From Rhynchobatus australiae (lineage: Eukaryota), in NCBI GenBank assembly GCA_034780895.1, contig JAUZTB010000068.1:26823555-26887554 (forward strand): a DNA stretch of 64,000 nt, in the 5' to 3' direction. Within the stretch, counting starts at the first letter, position 1; every line of letters begins with the position of its first letter. Under the pieces are notes generated by a model, which saw nothing but the letters and a program-made list of their open reading frames with translations, was not told where the DNA came from and made no database searches. Below are positions 1-11,359 of the stretch, one piece after another. The translations under genes were made by a program, and so were the position numbers.

Positions 1-88
1 TGAATTGACCTGTACAATCAGTATGCAAGACAAGTTTTTCACTGTACCTTGGTACAAGTGACAATAATAAACCAATATCAGTACCAAT
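1..88 (+). mobile_element. LINE 3' tail with ACCAAT-type terminal repeats (non-CR1, possibly Rex1/L2 clade)
   Basis: tttcactgtaccttggtacaagtgacaataataaaccaat...; closely similar copies at 4175-4288 (+) and 57045-57265 (-). Confidence 0.6.
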
Positions 89-158
89 AAGAAGAGATTC
101 ACAGGAATATCGCCTGGACTAAAGGGCTTGAGTTATAAGGAGAGACTGCATAGGCCGG

Positions 159-528
159 AGACGCAAGACACTGCCGATGCTGTAATTTGGAGCAAGAAGC
201 AAACTGCTGGAGGAACTCAACAGGTCAAGCAGCAGGGAAACAAAGGACTGCAGATGCTGGAGTCCAGATAAGAAACATGATGATGCCGGAGGAACTCAGC
301 AAGCCAGGCAGCATCCGTGGAGAAAAGCAGGCGGTCAACGTTTCAGGTCAGGACCCTTCTTCAGGACACTACTTTTCTCCACTGGCCTGCTGAGTTCCTC
401 CAGCATCATCGGGTCAAGCAGCATCTGTGGAGACAAAGGAATTGTTGAAGGTTCTGAACTGTCAACAGTTCCTTTGCCACCTCAGATGCTGCTGGACCTG
501 CTGAGTTCCTCCAGCAGTTTGTTTTTTT
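159..528. mobile_element. Nested pair of palindromic Penelope-like pLTR inserts
   Basis: Inverted arms (ctgctggaggaactca / tgagttcctccagcag). Inner element 235-411 is flanked by ggtcaagcagca at 223-234 and 412-423; outer element is flanked by ataggc(c/t)gg at 150-158 and 531-539. Confidence 0.75.
334..367 (-). ncRNA. Minimal type I hammerhead ribozyme motif (Penelope-associated)
   Basis: Minus strand reads GUC CUGAAGA A GGGUC CU GACCU GAAAC GUU GAC: CUGANGA and GAAA core, stem II hairpin, GUH triplet, short stem I GUC/GAC. Confidence 0.7.
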
Positions 529-1224
529 GGATAGGCTGGGACTATTTTCCCTGGAACGGAGGAGGCTGAGGGGTGACCTAACAGAACTTTGTAAAATTAT
601 GAGGGGGTAGATCATCACAGTCTTTTTCCAAGGATAGTAAAGTCTAAAACCAGAGGGGTAAGGTTCAAGGTGAGAGGGGAAAGATTTAAAGGGGATCCAA
701 GGGGAAAGTTTTTCACACAGAGGGCTCTGGGTATGTGGAGCGAGTGGCCAGAGGGAGTGGTAGAGATGCGCACAATTACATTTCAGTCAGTCTTGTGGCA
801 CAGAAATGGGGCCTTCAGCCCTTGATGTACGTTTAGATGGATGCATGGATGGGAAAGGTTTAGAGGCACATGGGACAAATGCAGGGAAATGGNNNNNNNN
901 NNNNNNNNNNNNNNNNNNNNNNNNNNNNNNNNNNNNNNNNNNNNNNNNNNNNNNNNNNNNNNNNNNNNNNNNNNNNNNNNNNNNNNNNNNNNNNNNNNNN
1001 NNNNNNNNNNNNNNNNNNNNNNNNNNNNNNNNNNNNNNNNNNNNNNNNNNNNNNNNNNNNNNNNNNNNNNNNAGAGTGCATTGTGGTGTGACATGGAATT
1101 TAAGTTTAAAAGTGTAGAACGATTATAGTGAGGGTAATGAGTAGATCTGTAGAGAGCAGCTTGCAACGAGTAGCTACGCTCCGGTGCCATCTCCCAATTT
1201 ACCCCCATGTTCCAGATCAATTGC

Positions 1225-1580
1225 CCAGCTTGCAGGCTGTGGTCACCTTGCTGCTCCCTCTCATTCACATCGGCAACAAGAACCTCACACCTGCTGAATA
1301 AGTGAGGGTCCCACAATGCCGCCTGGATCCCATTTCTGGCTCATGCAGACACATCCTCTTATCTTTCCTATCTGACCAGTTCTATGGTACTTAATCAAAG
1401 GGATGTGACTGATTCTGGGAACAAAGTATTCCCTCTCATGATGCATCACTGTGTCTGAATCTTGGACTCCAGCTCATCAACTCTGAGCCAAAGTTCCTCA
1501 CACTGCAGGTACATGCCGCTGATGTGGTTCCTATGAACCTAATGGTTTCCTTCAGCTCTCACATACCACAGCAGCAATGT
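1225..1580 (-). mobile_element. CR1 ORF1 N-terminal remnant (zinc-finger/leucine-zipper region)
   Basis: Minus translation gives CCGM*EL..., NHISGMYLQCEELWLRVDELESKIQT and LFSRCEVL (cf. the LSNRFEVL motif). Confidence 0.7.
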
Positions 1581-3044
1581 ATCATCATGCCTATCTTAAA
1601 GTATTTAATTCAATTTAATCAGTTATTTAATAATATCATTGTTGCCCTAATCTCACTGAAGTCCCTCAGTCAGTGAAATTCACACTGTGGATACTGAACT
1701 CAAAGGGTACTGTGCTGAAACATTCATGTATGAATCAAAATGACTGAAGTGAGGTCCAAGAGTGTATTGCATTGCCTTGCGTGCCCTGCACATATCCTGG
1801 CTTCTCCTTGTGTCTGGGCAACACAGAGAACTGAAAGGAAAATTGCGGACTTGGTTCAACTCAATTTCCCTTCTTTCCATTCTGTTTTAGTTTTCATTGA
1901 AACTGAATCACAATAGTGCACAAAACAATCAAATACCCAGTGACTTTGGAAAAAGGTTTCTATTATGTTACTCCTACAATACCTCACTGGAAACTGCTTG
2001 AACGAAACACAAAATATGCTGCTGTTTATTTGTTTTAAAAAGCTGAACAATAACATTTGGTTCTATTTGTTTCTTCAGCAGTCTTGCAACCTAGACAGCA
2101 TGTTGGACACACACCATGAAATACCAGTGTAAACAAAGATTAGCATCTGAACAGAATTTACTTACATAAGTGTTGGTAACTAAACAGATTGTTTAGCAGT
2201 GTTGTATTGGACACATACAGTTTCAATTGGCACACTTATTCATGGATATAAAGCAGAAATAATATGGATAAAAATATTCCTCTCTGACCCAGATCATTTT
2301 AACATTTTCATTATGAACATTTTTCTTAAGAGAACATGAGTTGTGTTTTAGATTTATTGTCTCTGTATTTCCGTTCATTGTATCCTTAAACATTGTGTTG
2401 CTTTGAAAGATCATAATATTATTTTAGTCCATGAATAACAAATGCAGTTTGTTGACTTTGTAATTTAAATCTTGAGTGGAATAAAATATTGCTTAGTTAC
2501 AGATATAATAAGAAGTGCAGTAGAGTTGATTTCATCTTGATGATGAGGTTCTGAAGTCAATTATTTCCTTTATTTGTGCCGTAAGTGTTAAATATCTGAT
2601 TATTTAAATTTCCACTCGAACTCTAATTCCTCTGATGGGGACAGCAATGAATGATCTGATTTGAACTGGCCTGTTGCTGTGGAATGTTGCCAGATCTCGA
2701 GTAACTCTAGATCTTATCGTATTCACTCTACATGAGCTTCTTTTGATATTGATTTGTTTTTGAACTTGTGGTTATAAGGGTTAGGTTAATTGATTGCATG
2801 TATTTCAAGTTATGAATGAAGTGCTTTAATCACTGTGGCACAAGAAGGGATCTGAAAATGCAAAGAACGTACATGGATTGATTCTGAGTTTCAATAAGAT
2901 ATGAGGGGAAATTCACTTTAACTTGATAGACTTCACTGAGGGAATTACATAAAATTCTGGTACTTCTCTTCTGGAAAGATACATCTTTCGGAGGGGATAG
3001 CAAAACAGATACACTAGGATTATGAGGTCATCCAGCCATCCAAC

Positions 3045-3200
3045 AATGACAGAAAATGCTGGTGTAACAGCAAGTCAAGTGGCATCTGTGGAAAGAAAAA
3101 GTCAACATTTCACATCTTCAACAGTTCTTTCCCCAGATGCTGCCTGACCTGCTGAGATTTTTCCAGCATTTTCTGTTTTTATTTCTGATTTCCAGCTCCT
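3045..3200. mobile_element. Palindromic Penelope-like pLTR relic
   Basis: Inverted arms acagaaaatgctgg...gcatctg / cagatgctgcc...ccagcattttctgt. Confidence 0.65.
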
Positions 3201-3258
3201 AACATTTGTCTCCCTATCTACTGTAGCAAGTCGCATAGATTGTCATGTGTTCCCTTGT

Positions 3259-3617
3259 GTCATGGAGACAGAGGGAGATACAGCACGAAAACAGACCCTT
3301 CAGCCCACCAAGTCCATGCTGACCATTAACCACTCACTTACATTCATCCTACGACAATCCCAATTTCCCTACATTGTATCAATTCCCCCCAGATTATCCT
3401 ACTCACCTACACACCAGGGGAACTTCACAGAGGCCAATTAAACTACTAACTCGCATATCTTTGGCACATTGGAGAAAACTAGAGCACACGGGGGAAACCC
3501 ACAAGATCACAGGAAGAACACGCAAATTCCACACAGACAGCACCCGAGGTCAGGATTGAACCCCAGTCTTTGACACTGTGAGGCAGCAGCTTTACTTGCT
3601 GTGTCACTGTGCCGCCC
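3259..3617 (-). mobile_element. HE1-like V-SINE (tRNA head, V-domain, CR1-type tail)
   Basis: Reverse complement starts gggcggcacagtgacacagc, has a B-box ggttcaatcc, the V-domain tgtgtggaatttgc...gtgggtttcc and a CR1-like tail. Confidence 0.9.
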
Positions 3618-3704
3618 AACACAAAAATATAAGGGGTCACTTGTTTAGCCACTCAAGGTCATTGAAAGTTCAGCTGGAGTGATACAGGCTGAATAGAACC
3701 AGAG

Positions 3705-4512
3705 AATTCAGTTTGGTCGCCCCATTATAGGAAGGACGTGGAGGCTCTGGAGAGGGTGCAGAAGAGTTTTACCAGGGTGCTGCCTGGCTTAGAGGGCAGG
3801 TGCTCTAAGGAGAGGTTGGACAATCGTGGGTTGTTTTCTCTAGTGGCGGAGGCTGAGGGGAGACCTGTTGGAAGTTTAAAAATTTATGAGTGGCACAGAC
3901 AGATTAGACAGTCGGTATCTTTTTCCCAGGGTCGAAACGTCTAATACTAGAGCACATGAATTTAAAGTGAGAAGGGGAAGGTTCAAAGGAGATGTGCGGG
4001 ACAAGCTTTTTTACACAGAGAGTGGTGGGTGCCTGGAGTGTGCTGCCAAGGGTGGTGGTTGAGGTAGATACAATAGGGGTGTTTAACAGGCTCTGAGAGA
4101 AGCACATGAATATTGCAGAGAATGGAGGGGTATGGGGAATGTGCAGGAAGAAGCAATTAGGTGTCATTAGCTTAATGTAACTGCCCTGTGTACTGAATTG
4201 ACCTGTATGAATGGTATGCAAACAAGTTTTTCACTGTGCCTCCGGTACAAGTGACAATAATAAACCAATAGCAATACCAGTACCAATTAATTTGGCCCAA
4301 TATCATGGGCTGAAGGACCTGTTCCTGTGCTGTANNNNNNNNNNNNNNNNNNNNNNNNNNNNNNNNNNNNNNNNNNNNNNNNNNNNNNNNNNNNNNNNNN
4401 NNNNNNNNNNNNNNNNNNNNNNNNNNNNNNNNNNAATTTGGCCCAATATCATGGGCTGAAGGACCTGTTCCTGTGCTGTATTGTTCTATGTTCTGTGTTC
4501 TATATTCTATAT
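3705..4512 (+). mobile_element. CR1 LINE 3' fragment with (TTCTAT)-type tail; contains an inserted LINE tail and a gap
   Basis: ORF 3738-3944 EALERVQKSFTRVLPGLEG; tail ttctatgttctgtgttctatattctat. Confidence 0.9.
4175..4288 (+). mobile_element. LINE 3' tail (same family as 1-88) inserted in a CR1 3'UTR
   Basis: Similar to 1-88; ends aataaaccaatagcaataccagtaccaat. Confidence 0.65.
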
Positions 4513-5515
4513 AAAGCTTTGCATTGCATTAAACTGTAAGAATGATGCACAAGCCATAATCTATTAAACACAAAGAATAGAAAAAAAATAACCAAGGTAG
4601 GATTGTGAAACCTATGGGAGCTACTCAGGAAGGGTTTGGTTCTGTCTGGTTACAGATGCAAAGCAGAATCAGGTCTGGTTAGTACTTGGGTAAGTAACAG
4701 CAACTTTGGGATTGACTTTGATGTCGAACGAAGTAAAGGAACAAAATATTTTTTGATCGCCTGTTTCTGAGCCAGCACACATGCACAAAATGACAACAAC
4801 TGTAATAAATATTTCAAGGAATATTCAGCATAAATGCAACTGTTGAGGTCATGAATTGATTACTATTACTGATCTCTGCATGTTATTGGAGCTCTATTTG
4901 AAAAGTTGATTAGTTTTCTCTCCACCAAAGTATTGGCTTCACATGCAATCATATTGAAGTTCCCTTTAGTTTCTTGCATAAGAGCTCATTTTTCTCCTCC
5001 TGAAGGCAGTGACTCATGCCAGTGATGAGTTCTGTGAGTGTCAACAATCCTGTTATATCAGCCAAGTAGTCATGGCGTTTGAATGAGCCCAGGCTGTGAG
5101 TAGTTGCAGGCACTTGATCATAATCTGATGTGGGAGGGCTGGGGAGGGGGGGGAACTTGCCTGGATGGCTGTTGTGGTGGAGAATGGGGGAGGAACGGGG
5201 AGACAGCTCCAGGGAAGGGAGCTCAGGATTATTTCTCACTGTCTCCACACCTGACCTTTTCTAGCAGAACTCTCTGATACTAATTATGAGTCAGGCTATT
5301 GGCTGATGATTCTTCGTATTGGACAGAACAGTTAAGATCACCCAACTGTGTAAACAGGGATCAAATCTGAGAATTTGTATACCTCTGTATTTGTATTTCC
5401 AACCAAAGACAGGTAGGGATATAGGCAGATAAGCAGATCTTAATAGACACAAACTGAGAGGTCATCTAGTTTTACTTGATGAAGCAAACAAGCTGGATGA
5501 CGAGACTTTAAGAAA

Positions 5516-5633
5516 CAAACAATCTGCCAGAAGAACTCAGCGGATCAAGTAGCATCCATGGGAGGAAAGATGTTGTCAATGTTTCAGGTTGAAAACCCAC
5601 ATTAGGACATCTGCAGTCTCTTGTGTCTCCATT
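5516..5633 (-). mobile_element. Penelope-like pLTR insert with degenerate hammerhead core
   Basis: Flanked by the 13-bp direct repeat agactttaagaaa (5503-5515, 5634-5646); minus strand gtcctaatgtgggttttcaacctgaaacattgac. Confidence 0.65.
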
Positions 5634-7076
5634 AGACTTTAAGAAAGGCGCCTAGAAATTCATCACCAATTAAAGAGTAAATATTATTAGTATTTTGATT
5701 GTTATACATCTATTAAAGCTGCTGTATCATAGTGTTGACACATCACACACTTCTGAAACTCATTCAACTGAAGCTACTGATCAGGGATGAATTACTTGGC
5801 AAATGTATTTAAATGCTGTAAATTATTGATGTTTAAATGATGTTAATAGATTCATAGTGGTCAAAATACTAATAATTTTTACTCTTTGATTAAAATCATT
5901 GTCCAGTGGTAACATTAACTCTGACTGTGTTTTATGCATTCAATCTTTGTTTCATAATAAATTATTATTCCAAGTAATTAATCAGTTATTTAATACAAAA
6001 TTCAGCAGTTTGTGATCAAACAGCCCTGATTTTTTTAATGTTGTGGTTATTACCAACGGAACATATCAGTAAACTCTCAGTACTCAGACTAATCATCGAG
6101 TATCAATCTTGATGATTAAACTCTTGCAGCATTCAGTAAGAAAACAGGGTACTTATTCTGCAGAAGTATATTTCTATTTGTATCTATGTGCGATTCAAAG
6201 CAGATAAAAACATTTTAAATGACTTTCTTGTGGATATTAATTTGTTTTTGTGAAATTTTCCATGCTTGCTGACTTAATTCATCAATTTGGCAAGTTAACG
6301 TTTAGGATCAACAACAAGTAAAATATTTAAAAATAAATTATCACTCTCTCCTTGGTTCTTGAAATTGTGGTTTCCTTTATTGATATGGTGGCTTGTAAAA
6401 ATGTTATTTCTCCACCAGAGTCTGGAAATCTTGGCTACATATGTCACCCCTGTTATTTCCTGGTAACTAGCTGATTATTATCTGATAACATTCAGGATAC
6501 AAATAAAACAGTTATTAGTCATTAAACATGAGTGAAATGATGCATCAATGACACAGTGTCTGAAATTGTGTGAGTCACATTATCTGAACCCCCTGAGATC
6601 ACTGCCTTAGGAGTACATGCTGCTATTCATTACTCTTCACCTAATTAAAGGAAAAGGATTTCTAGCCATGTAATTCATCTTACTTGAGCTCCAATTTTCA
6701 TTGCAGCAGATCTGACTGTGTAACGGCTGACTGAAGCTCAATAATTAGTGAAATATCTGGTTCCACTTTCACGCTCAGAGCTACAAAATATAGAGGTAAT
6801 AACTAACAGAGTTACATTCGCTGGTACATTCACACTATTTCACAAAAGACTATTTTCCATTGAAATATCTGCACTTAAATACCACATTTTCTCCAGTATT
6901 TGAATTGTCCTAAAGTGACCCTGAAATTAAACCACCAGCACAGCAGAGTTACTGAGGGAGCACACTGTTAAATTTATTGCACTGGTTTATCTTTTCATGC
7001 TGTCAGATAGCCATGTGGCTGTAATTAAGATGACAAGCTGACCCCAGAAGTTTGTATGATACTTGTACTGCATGGT

Positions 7077-7086
7077 TGATTGACAG
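7077..7086 (+). promoter_or_regulatory. Canonical PBX-MEIS/PREP decamer TGATTGACAG
   Basis: Exact motif match in unique AT-rich sequence, with CTGTCA and TAATTA nearby; function untested. Confidence 0.4.
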
Positions 7087-7471
7087 CTCAGTACGGGAAT
7101 TGTTTGTTCATACGTCTGACTGATAATTTTAAAAGGTGCAATAAACTTTGCACCCCTATAGCTGATACATTGGATTCTGTAAATATGAAAAATCATTATG
7201 GATTTGGAAGAGGCGTGTAGAAATGCAATTTTGAAACTTTGCCAGTCCATTAGCTCAGTAATGCATGGTTATTTTTTTCTGGGTGGGAGTTACTGCCTTT
7301 CGTCATAAGTAATGGAAGATCTACCAAGCACTGCATGCTATCATTTCCTCAATATCTCTGTATTAACCTCCAAAGTTCACAATACAAAATTATGTATGCT
7401 TTTGATTAGTTTTTATAACATGAACCAATTAGAAGATTGTATGTGTATACAGTATATGTTGTACATTATGC

Positions 7472-7493
7472 AAACACACACACATGTGCACGC

Positions 7494-7538
<45 letters not shown>

Positions 7539-7545
7539 AACACAT
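7472..7545. repeat. (CA)n microsatellite
   Basis: Visible directly in the sequence. Confidence 0.97.
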
Positions 7546-7812
7546 ATATTTTGTATAAGCTGCACTATTCAATATAAGGAATCACTGTCCTTCAATCAAG
7601 TAATCCCTGGATTTAAATGGAGACGAGACTTACTGACTGACAGTACGCCTGGATTCCATGTGGAGTATGTTGAGTTCACCAGCGGATCCCAGTCTTTCTG
7701 GGATTACTCAGCATTACATTGAGGAAATGCCTTGAGGAAGACCTGGTGTATGTTCAACAACCACATTCATTTAAATGGTGATTCTTGCCAGTGGAATGGG
7801 AAGGTTAATATT

Positions 7813-8141
7813 CACAGTCATACAGCACGGAAACAGGCTATTTGTCCCACCGTCCACACCAAACATAAAGCACTAAACCTACATTGATTCCATTATATTC
7901 TCCCCATGTTCTCATCAGTTCCTTCCAGATCCTATCACACAGCTCGTAGGGGCAATTTACTGTGGGCAATTAACCTACCATCTTTGGGAAGTGAGGGGGA
8001 AACTGAAGGATTTGGGGAAAACTCATGTGATCACATGGAGAACGTGTAAACTCCACACAGACAGTGCCAGAGGCTGGGATCAAACAGGGGGGTCTGGAGC
8101 TGTGAGGCTGCAGTTGTACCAGTTGAGCCACTCTGCCATCC
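7813..8141 (-). mobile_element. HE1-like V-SINE
   Basis: Contains aaactccacacagacagtgccagaggctgggatcaaac; CR1-type tail at the left end. Confidence 0.85.
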
Positions 8142-8724
8142 TACTTTTGCTGACTTCAGTACAACAGTTTCCATCTGTTTTAATGTGTCTTAATTAACTT
8201 TCTCTTTTTTTCTAAGAAACCTTACTTTTTATACAACATTGTTATTGGTTTATAAAAGTTTCTGAATGTCAGAGACATCTACAAGCTGTTAAAAAGACTT
8301 TACAGCTTTGGCCACCCCCAGCTTTGCCCCTTGTCAAAGCCTGTCAAGGAATTCCAGGGATGGGGCCTCAGCGGTACCACAGGTCACATGTTGTTGTGAT
8401 TCTTGTTGCCCGGTGGGATACTGAGGGGTGCAGAGAGGATGGATTTACAGGTCCAGCCCAGGGAAGTGCAGGTGTAAGGGATGGATAGCAGTGACATTAG
8501 CTCATTTAAACACTGTGCAAGAAGTGAATTTGTTTCACTCCATCACCAGAAAATCTGTGGTGATGCTCAAGATAGTTTAAAACAATATAGATGCCAAAAG
8601 CTTTCTTAAAAACATTGTGGTATGACAGGAATAAAACCACAAAATGCTATGAAATGAGGACAGTTAGAGTGTGAGAACACAGACAATGGAACGTAAGAGC
8701 TGCCAATGGACAATGGAATGTACG

Positions 8725-9085
8725 AGATTGAGGGGTGATCTGACAGACGTATATAAGGTCATGAGGGGCATAGACAGGTTAACAGCACACAGTCTTTTTC
8801 CCAGGGAAAGACTGTTAAAAACAAGAGGGCATTAGTTTAAGTTCAGAGGCAAGAGATTTCAAAGGGACATCAGAGGAGCTTCTTCACACAAAAGGTGGGG
8901 TGTGTTTGGAATGTGCTGCCAGAAATAGTGGTTGAAGCGAGCACATTAGCAACATTTGAAAGCTAAGAGGTTTAGAGGGCTCAGGGCCAGACATGCGCAG
9001 ATGGGACTAGCTCACTGGGCAACACAGTCGGCATGGATGAGTTGGGCCAAAGGGCCTGTTTCTATGCTGTATGTCTATGACTCTA
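8725..9085 (+). mobile_element. CR1 LINE 3' fragment
   Basis: RLRGDLTDVYKVMRGIDR motif; tail gggccaaagggcctgtttctatgctgtatgtctatgactcta. Confidence 0.9.
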
Positions 9086-9224
9086 CCCTGCAGGTCAGGA
9101 CATATTAATGGAGAGAGAACAACTGAGCCAACATCACAGATGGAGGAGCTGGCCTTTATGAGCAAAGAATCATGTTCTCCCTCCCAAATAGAACTCATTA
9201 AACCATGGAACAGATAGCTTCATT

Positions 9225-9465
9225 CATTGCTTATCCCCAGGGCAACCTTGGTTTCACCCTTCTAGAGATAATCCTTTAGTCTTATCCATTCCTCCCTGCA
9301 GCTTGATACTAACTTGCTTTCTCTCCTCCCCAGTTCTGATGAAGGGTCTTTGACCTGACACATGAACTCTATTTATTTTTGCTCAGATGATGCCTGCCTT
9401 GCTGAGTGTTTTCGGCACTTTCCGTTTTTACTTCAGATTTCCAGCATTTGCAGATTTTTGATTTT
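9225..9465 (+). mobile_element. Penelope-like pLTR with mutated hammerhead core at 9336-9361
   Basis: ctgatgaagggtctttgacctgacac (GAAA changed to GACA), followed by cagatgatgcctgccttgctgag...ttccagcatttgcag. Confidence 0.7.
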
Positions 9466-9519
9466 TCAAAGTGTGACAAAAAATGCGCATGACATTGCAG
9501 CAATAAACAGAGCCAGAAG

Positions 9520-9907
9520 AGTCACAGAGTTAAAGAGTTATACAGCATGGAAAGAGCAATGCCGACTGAGCTAATCCCATTTGCCTGCATTTGGCAGATA
9601 TTCCTAAACACCTCTCCTATCCATGTACCTGTCCAAGTGCTTTTTAAATGCTGCAATTGTACTTGCCTCCACCGCTTCCTCTGGCAGTTGGTTCCGTGTA
9701 CCCACCATCCTGTGTGTGAAAAAGCTTCACAAGTCCCCTTTAAGTTTATCCCCTTTGACTTTAAGTCTATACACTCCAGAAAAAGGTTATGACCATTCAG
9801 CTTATCTACACCCCTTATAATTTTATAGACCTCCAGAAGGTTACCACCCAGACTCCTACACTCCAGGGAACAAAGCCCCAGCCTGTCCAGTCTCCCCTTA
9901 TAACTCA
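9520..9907 (-). mobile_element. CR1 LINE 3' fragment
   Basis: ORF 9522-9908 SYKGRLDRLGLCSLECRSLGGNLLEVYKIIRG. Confidence 0.9.
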
Positions 9908-9979
9908 TGGCCTAAATATTGTCTGTGTCACTTTTAATTTAACTTCATGGATATATTGGTCCTGACAACATACGTGGAA

Positions 9980-10120
9980 GTGGTGAGCAAGGTCTACAAA
10001 TGCTAACGAATGTTGCAAAACCTGTGTGCGTACACCCTGACAACCTGAACCTTGGGTCCTTACTTGCATCTCATGGCAATTCTCTCTGCCTGGTTGGCAG
10101 GTGGCAAGCAGCTCAAGTGA
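9980..10120 (-). mobile_element. Possible RTE-clade RT relic
   Basis: GRENCHEMQ...LAFVDL resembles the RTE motif QEKCREQ...AFVDL. Confidence 0.35.
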
Positions 10121-10179
10121 CAAGAACCTTCCGGCAACTGAAATAGATGAACAAAGATCTGGGAACATGCCTTTGTTGT

Positions 10180-10675
10180 TTTGGAGTATTGTGCGCAATT
10201 CTGGTTGCCGCCTTATAGGAAAACTGTGGAAGCTTTGGAGAGGGTGCAGAAGCGGTTCACCAGGATATATTGGCGTGTATTAGCCAGAAGGAGAGGTTGG
10301 ACAAACTTGGACTGTTTTTTCTGGAGTGTCAAAGTATATAAAATTATGAGAGGCATAGACAGGGTTGATAAGGTCTTTTCCCAGGGTGGAAATGTCAAAT
10401 ACTAGAGGGCATAGATTTAAGGCAAGAGGGGGGAAGTTTAAAGGAGATTTGCAAGGCAAGATTTTTTTTTACACAGGAGTGGTAGGTGCCTGGAACATGC
10501 TGCCAGGGGAGGTGGTGGAAGCAGTTATGTTAGCAAAGTTTAAGAGACATTTAGACAAATAGATGGACAGGCAAGGAATGGAGGGATTTAGATCATGTGC
10601 AGGCAGAGTGGAACCGTTCAGGTTGGCATCATGATTGGCACAGAATAGTGGGGCAGAGGGCTCTGCTGCTCGATG
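10180..10675 (+). mobile_element. CR1 LINE ORF2 C-terminus/3' fragment
   Basis: LEYCAQFWLPPYRKTVEALERVQKRFTR; NTRGHRFKARGGKF. Confidence 0.92.
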
Positions 10676-10782
10676 TGCACCACAGTTAATTTTAAACTGG
10701 CCACTCAATTGCAGTGTATAAGCTGCATTTCATAATTTCCAAAACAGTGGCCATGCATTGGGGTCATGATCTGTGCTTATTT

Positions 10783-11086
10783 AGATAAGGTAAGATAAGA
10801 TATCTTTATTAGTCACATGCACATCAAAACACACAGTGAAATGCATCTTTTGCAGAGAGTGTTCTGGGACAGCCCGCAAGTCACCACGCTTCTGGCGCCA
10901 ACATAGCATGCCCACAACTTCCTAACCTGTAAATCTTTGGAATGTGGGAGGAAACCGGAGCACCCTGAGGAAACCCACGCAGACATGGGGAGAGCGTACA
11001 AACTCCTTACAGACAGCAACCGGAATTGAACCCGGGTCACTGGCGCTGTAATGGCGTTACGCTAACCGCTACACTACCATGCCACC
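10783..11086 (-). mobile_element. V-SINE with non-CR1 tail ending in (TCTTA)n
   Basis: tRNA head ggtggcatggtagtgtagcggttagc, V-domain, tail tttcactgtgtgttttgatgtgcatgtgactaataaagatatcttatct. Confidence 0.9.
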
Positions 11087-11359
11087 TGAAAAGATGGGGA
11101 AAATATTGATATTAAGTCCATTTGTTGAAGGAGAATGTTTTTTTGAGGAAAATACAGATTCCAATGGTATGTTTCGTACCAGGTTAGGGTTTTCTGACAA
11201 AAACACTACTTGCCTGGGGTGATTTATNNNNNNNNNNNNNNNNNNNNNNNNNNNNNNNNNNNNNNNNNNNNNNNNNNNNNNNNNNNNNNNNNNNNNNNNN
11301 NNNNNNNNNNNNNNNNNNNNNNNNNNNNNNNNNNNNNNNNNNNNNNNNNNNNNNNNNNN

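Larger units (their letters stand above)
89..892 (+). mobile_element. CR1 LINE ORF2 C-terminus/3' fragment, interrupted at 159-528
   Basis: Encodes degenerate KRFTGISPGLKGLSYKERL, resuming DRLGLFSLERRRLRGDL after the insert; runs into the N gap. Confidence 0.9.

Noticed and set aside
2692-2714. Small palindrome agatctcgagtaactctagatct
   Set aside because: Too short to distinguish from chance in 64 kb
4289-4480. 46-bp direct repeat on both sides of a 100-N gap (similar cases near 47377/47486 and 48479/48631)
   Set aside because: Typical contig-overlap or allele artefact at placeholder gaps rather than biology
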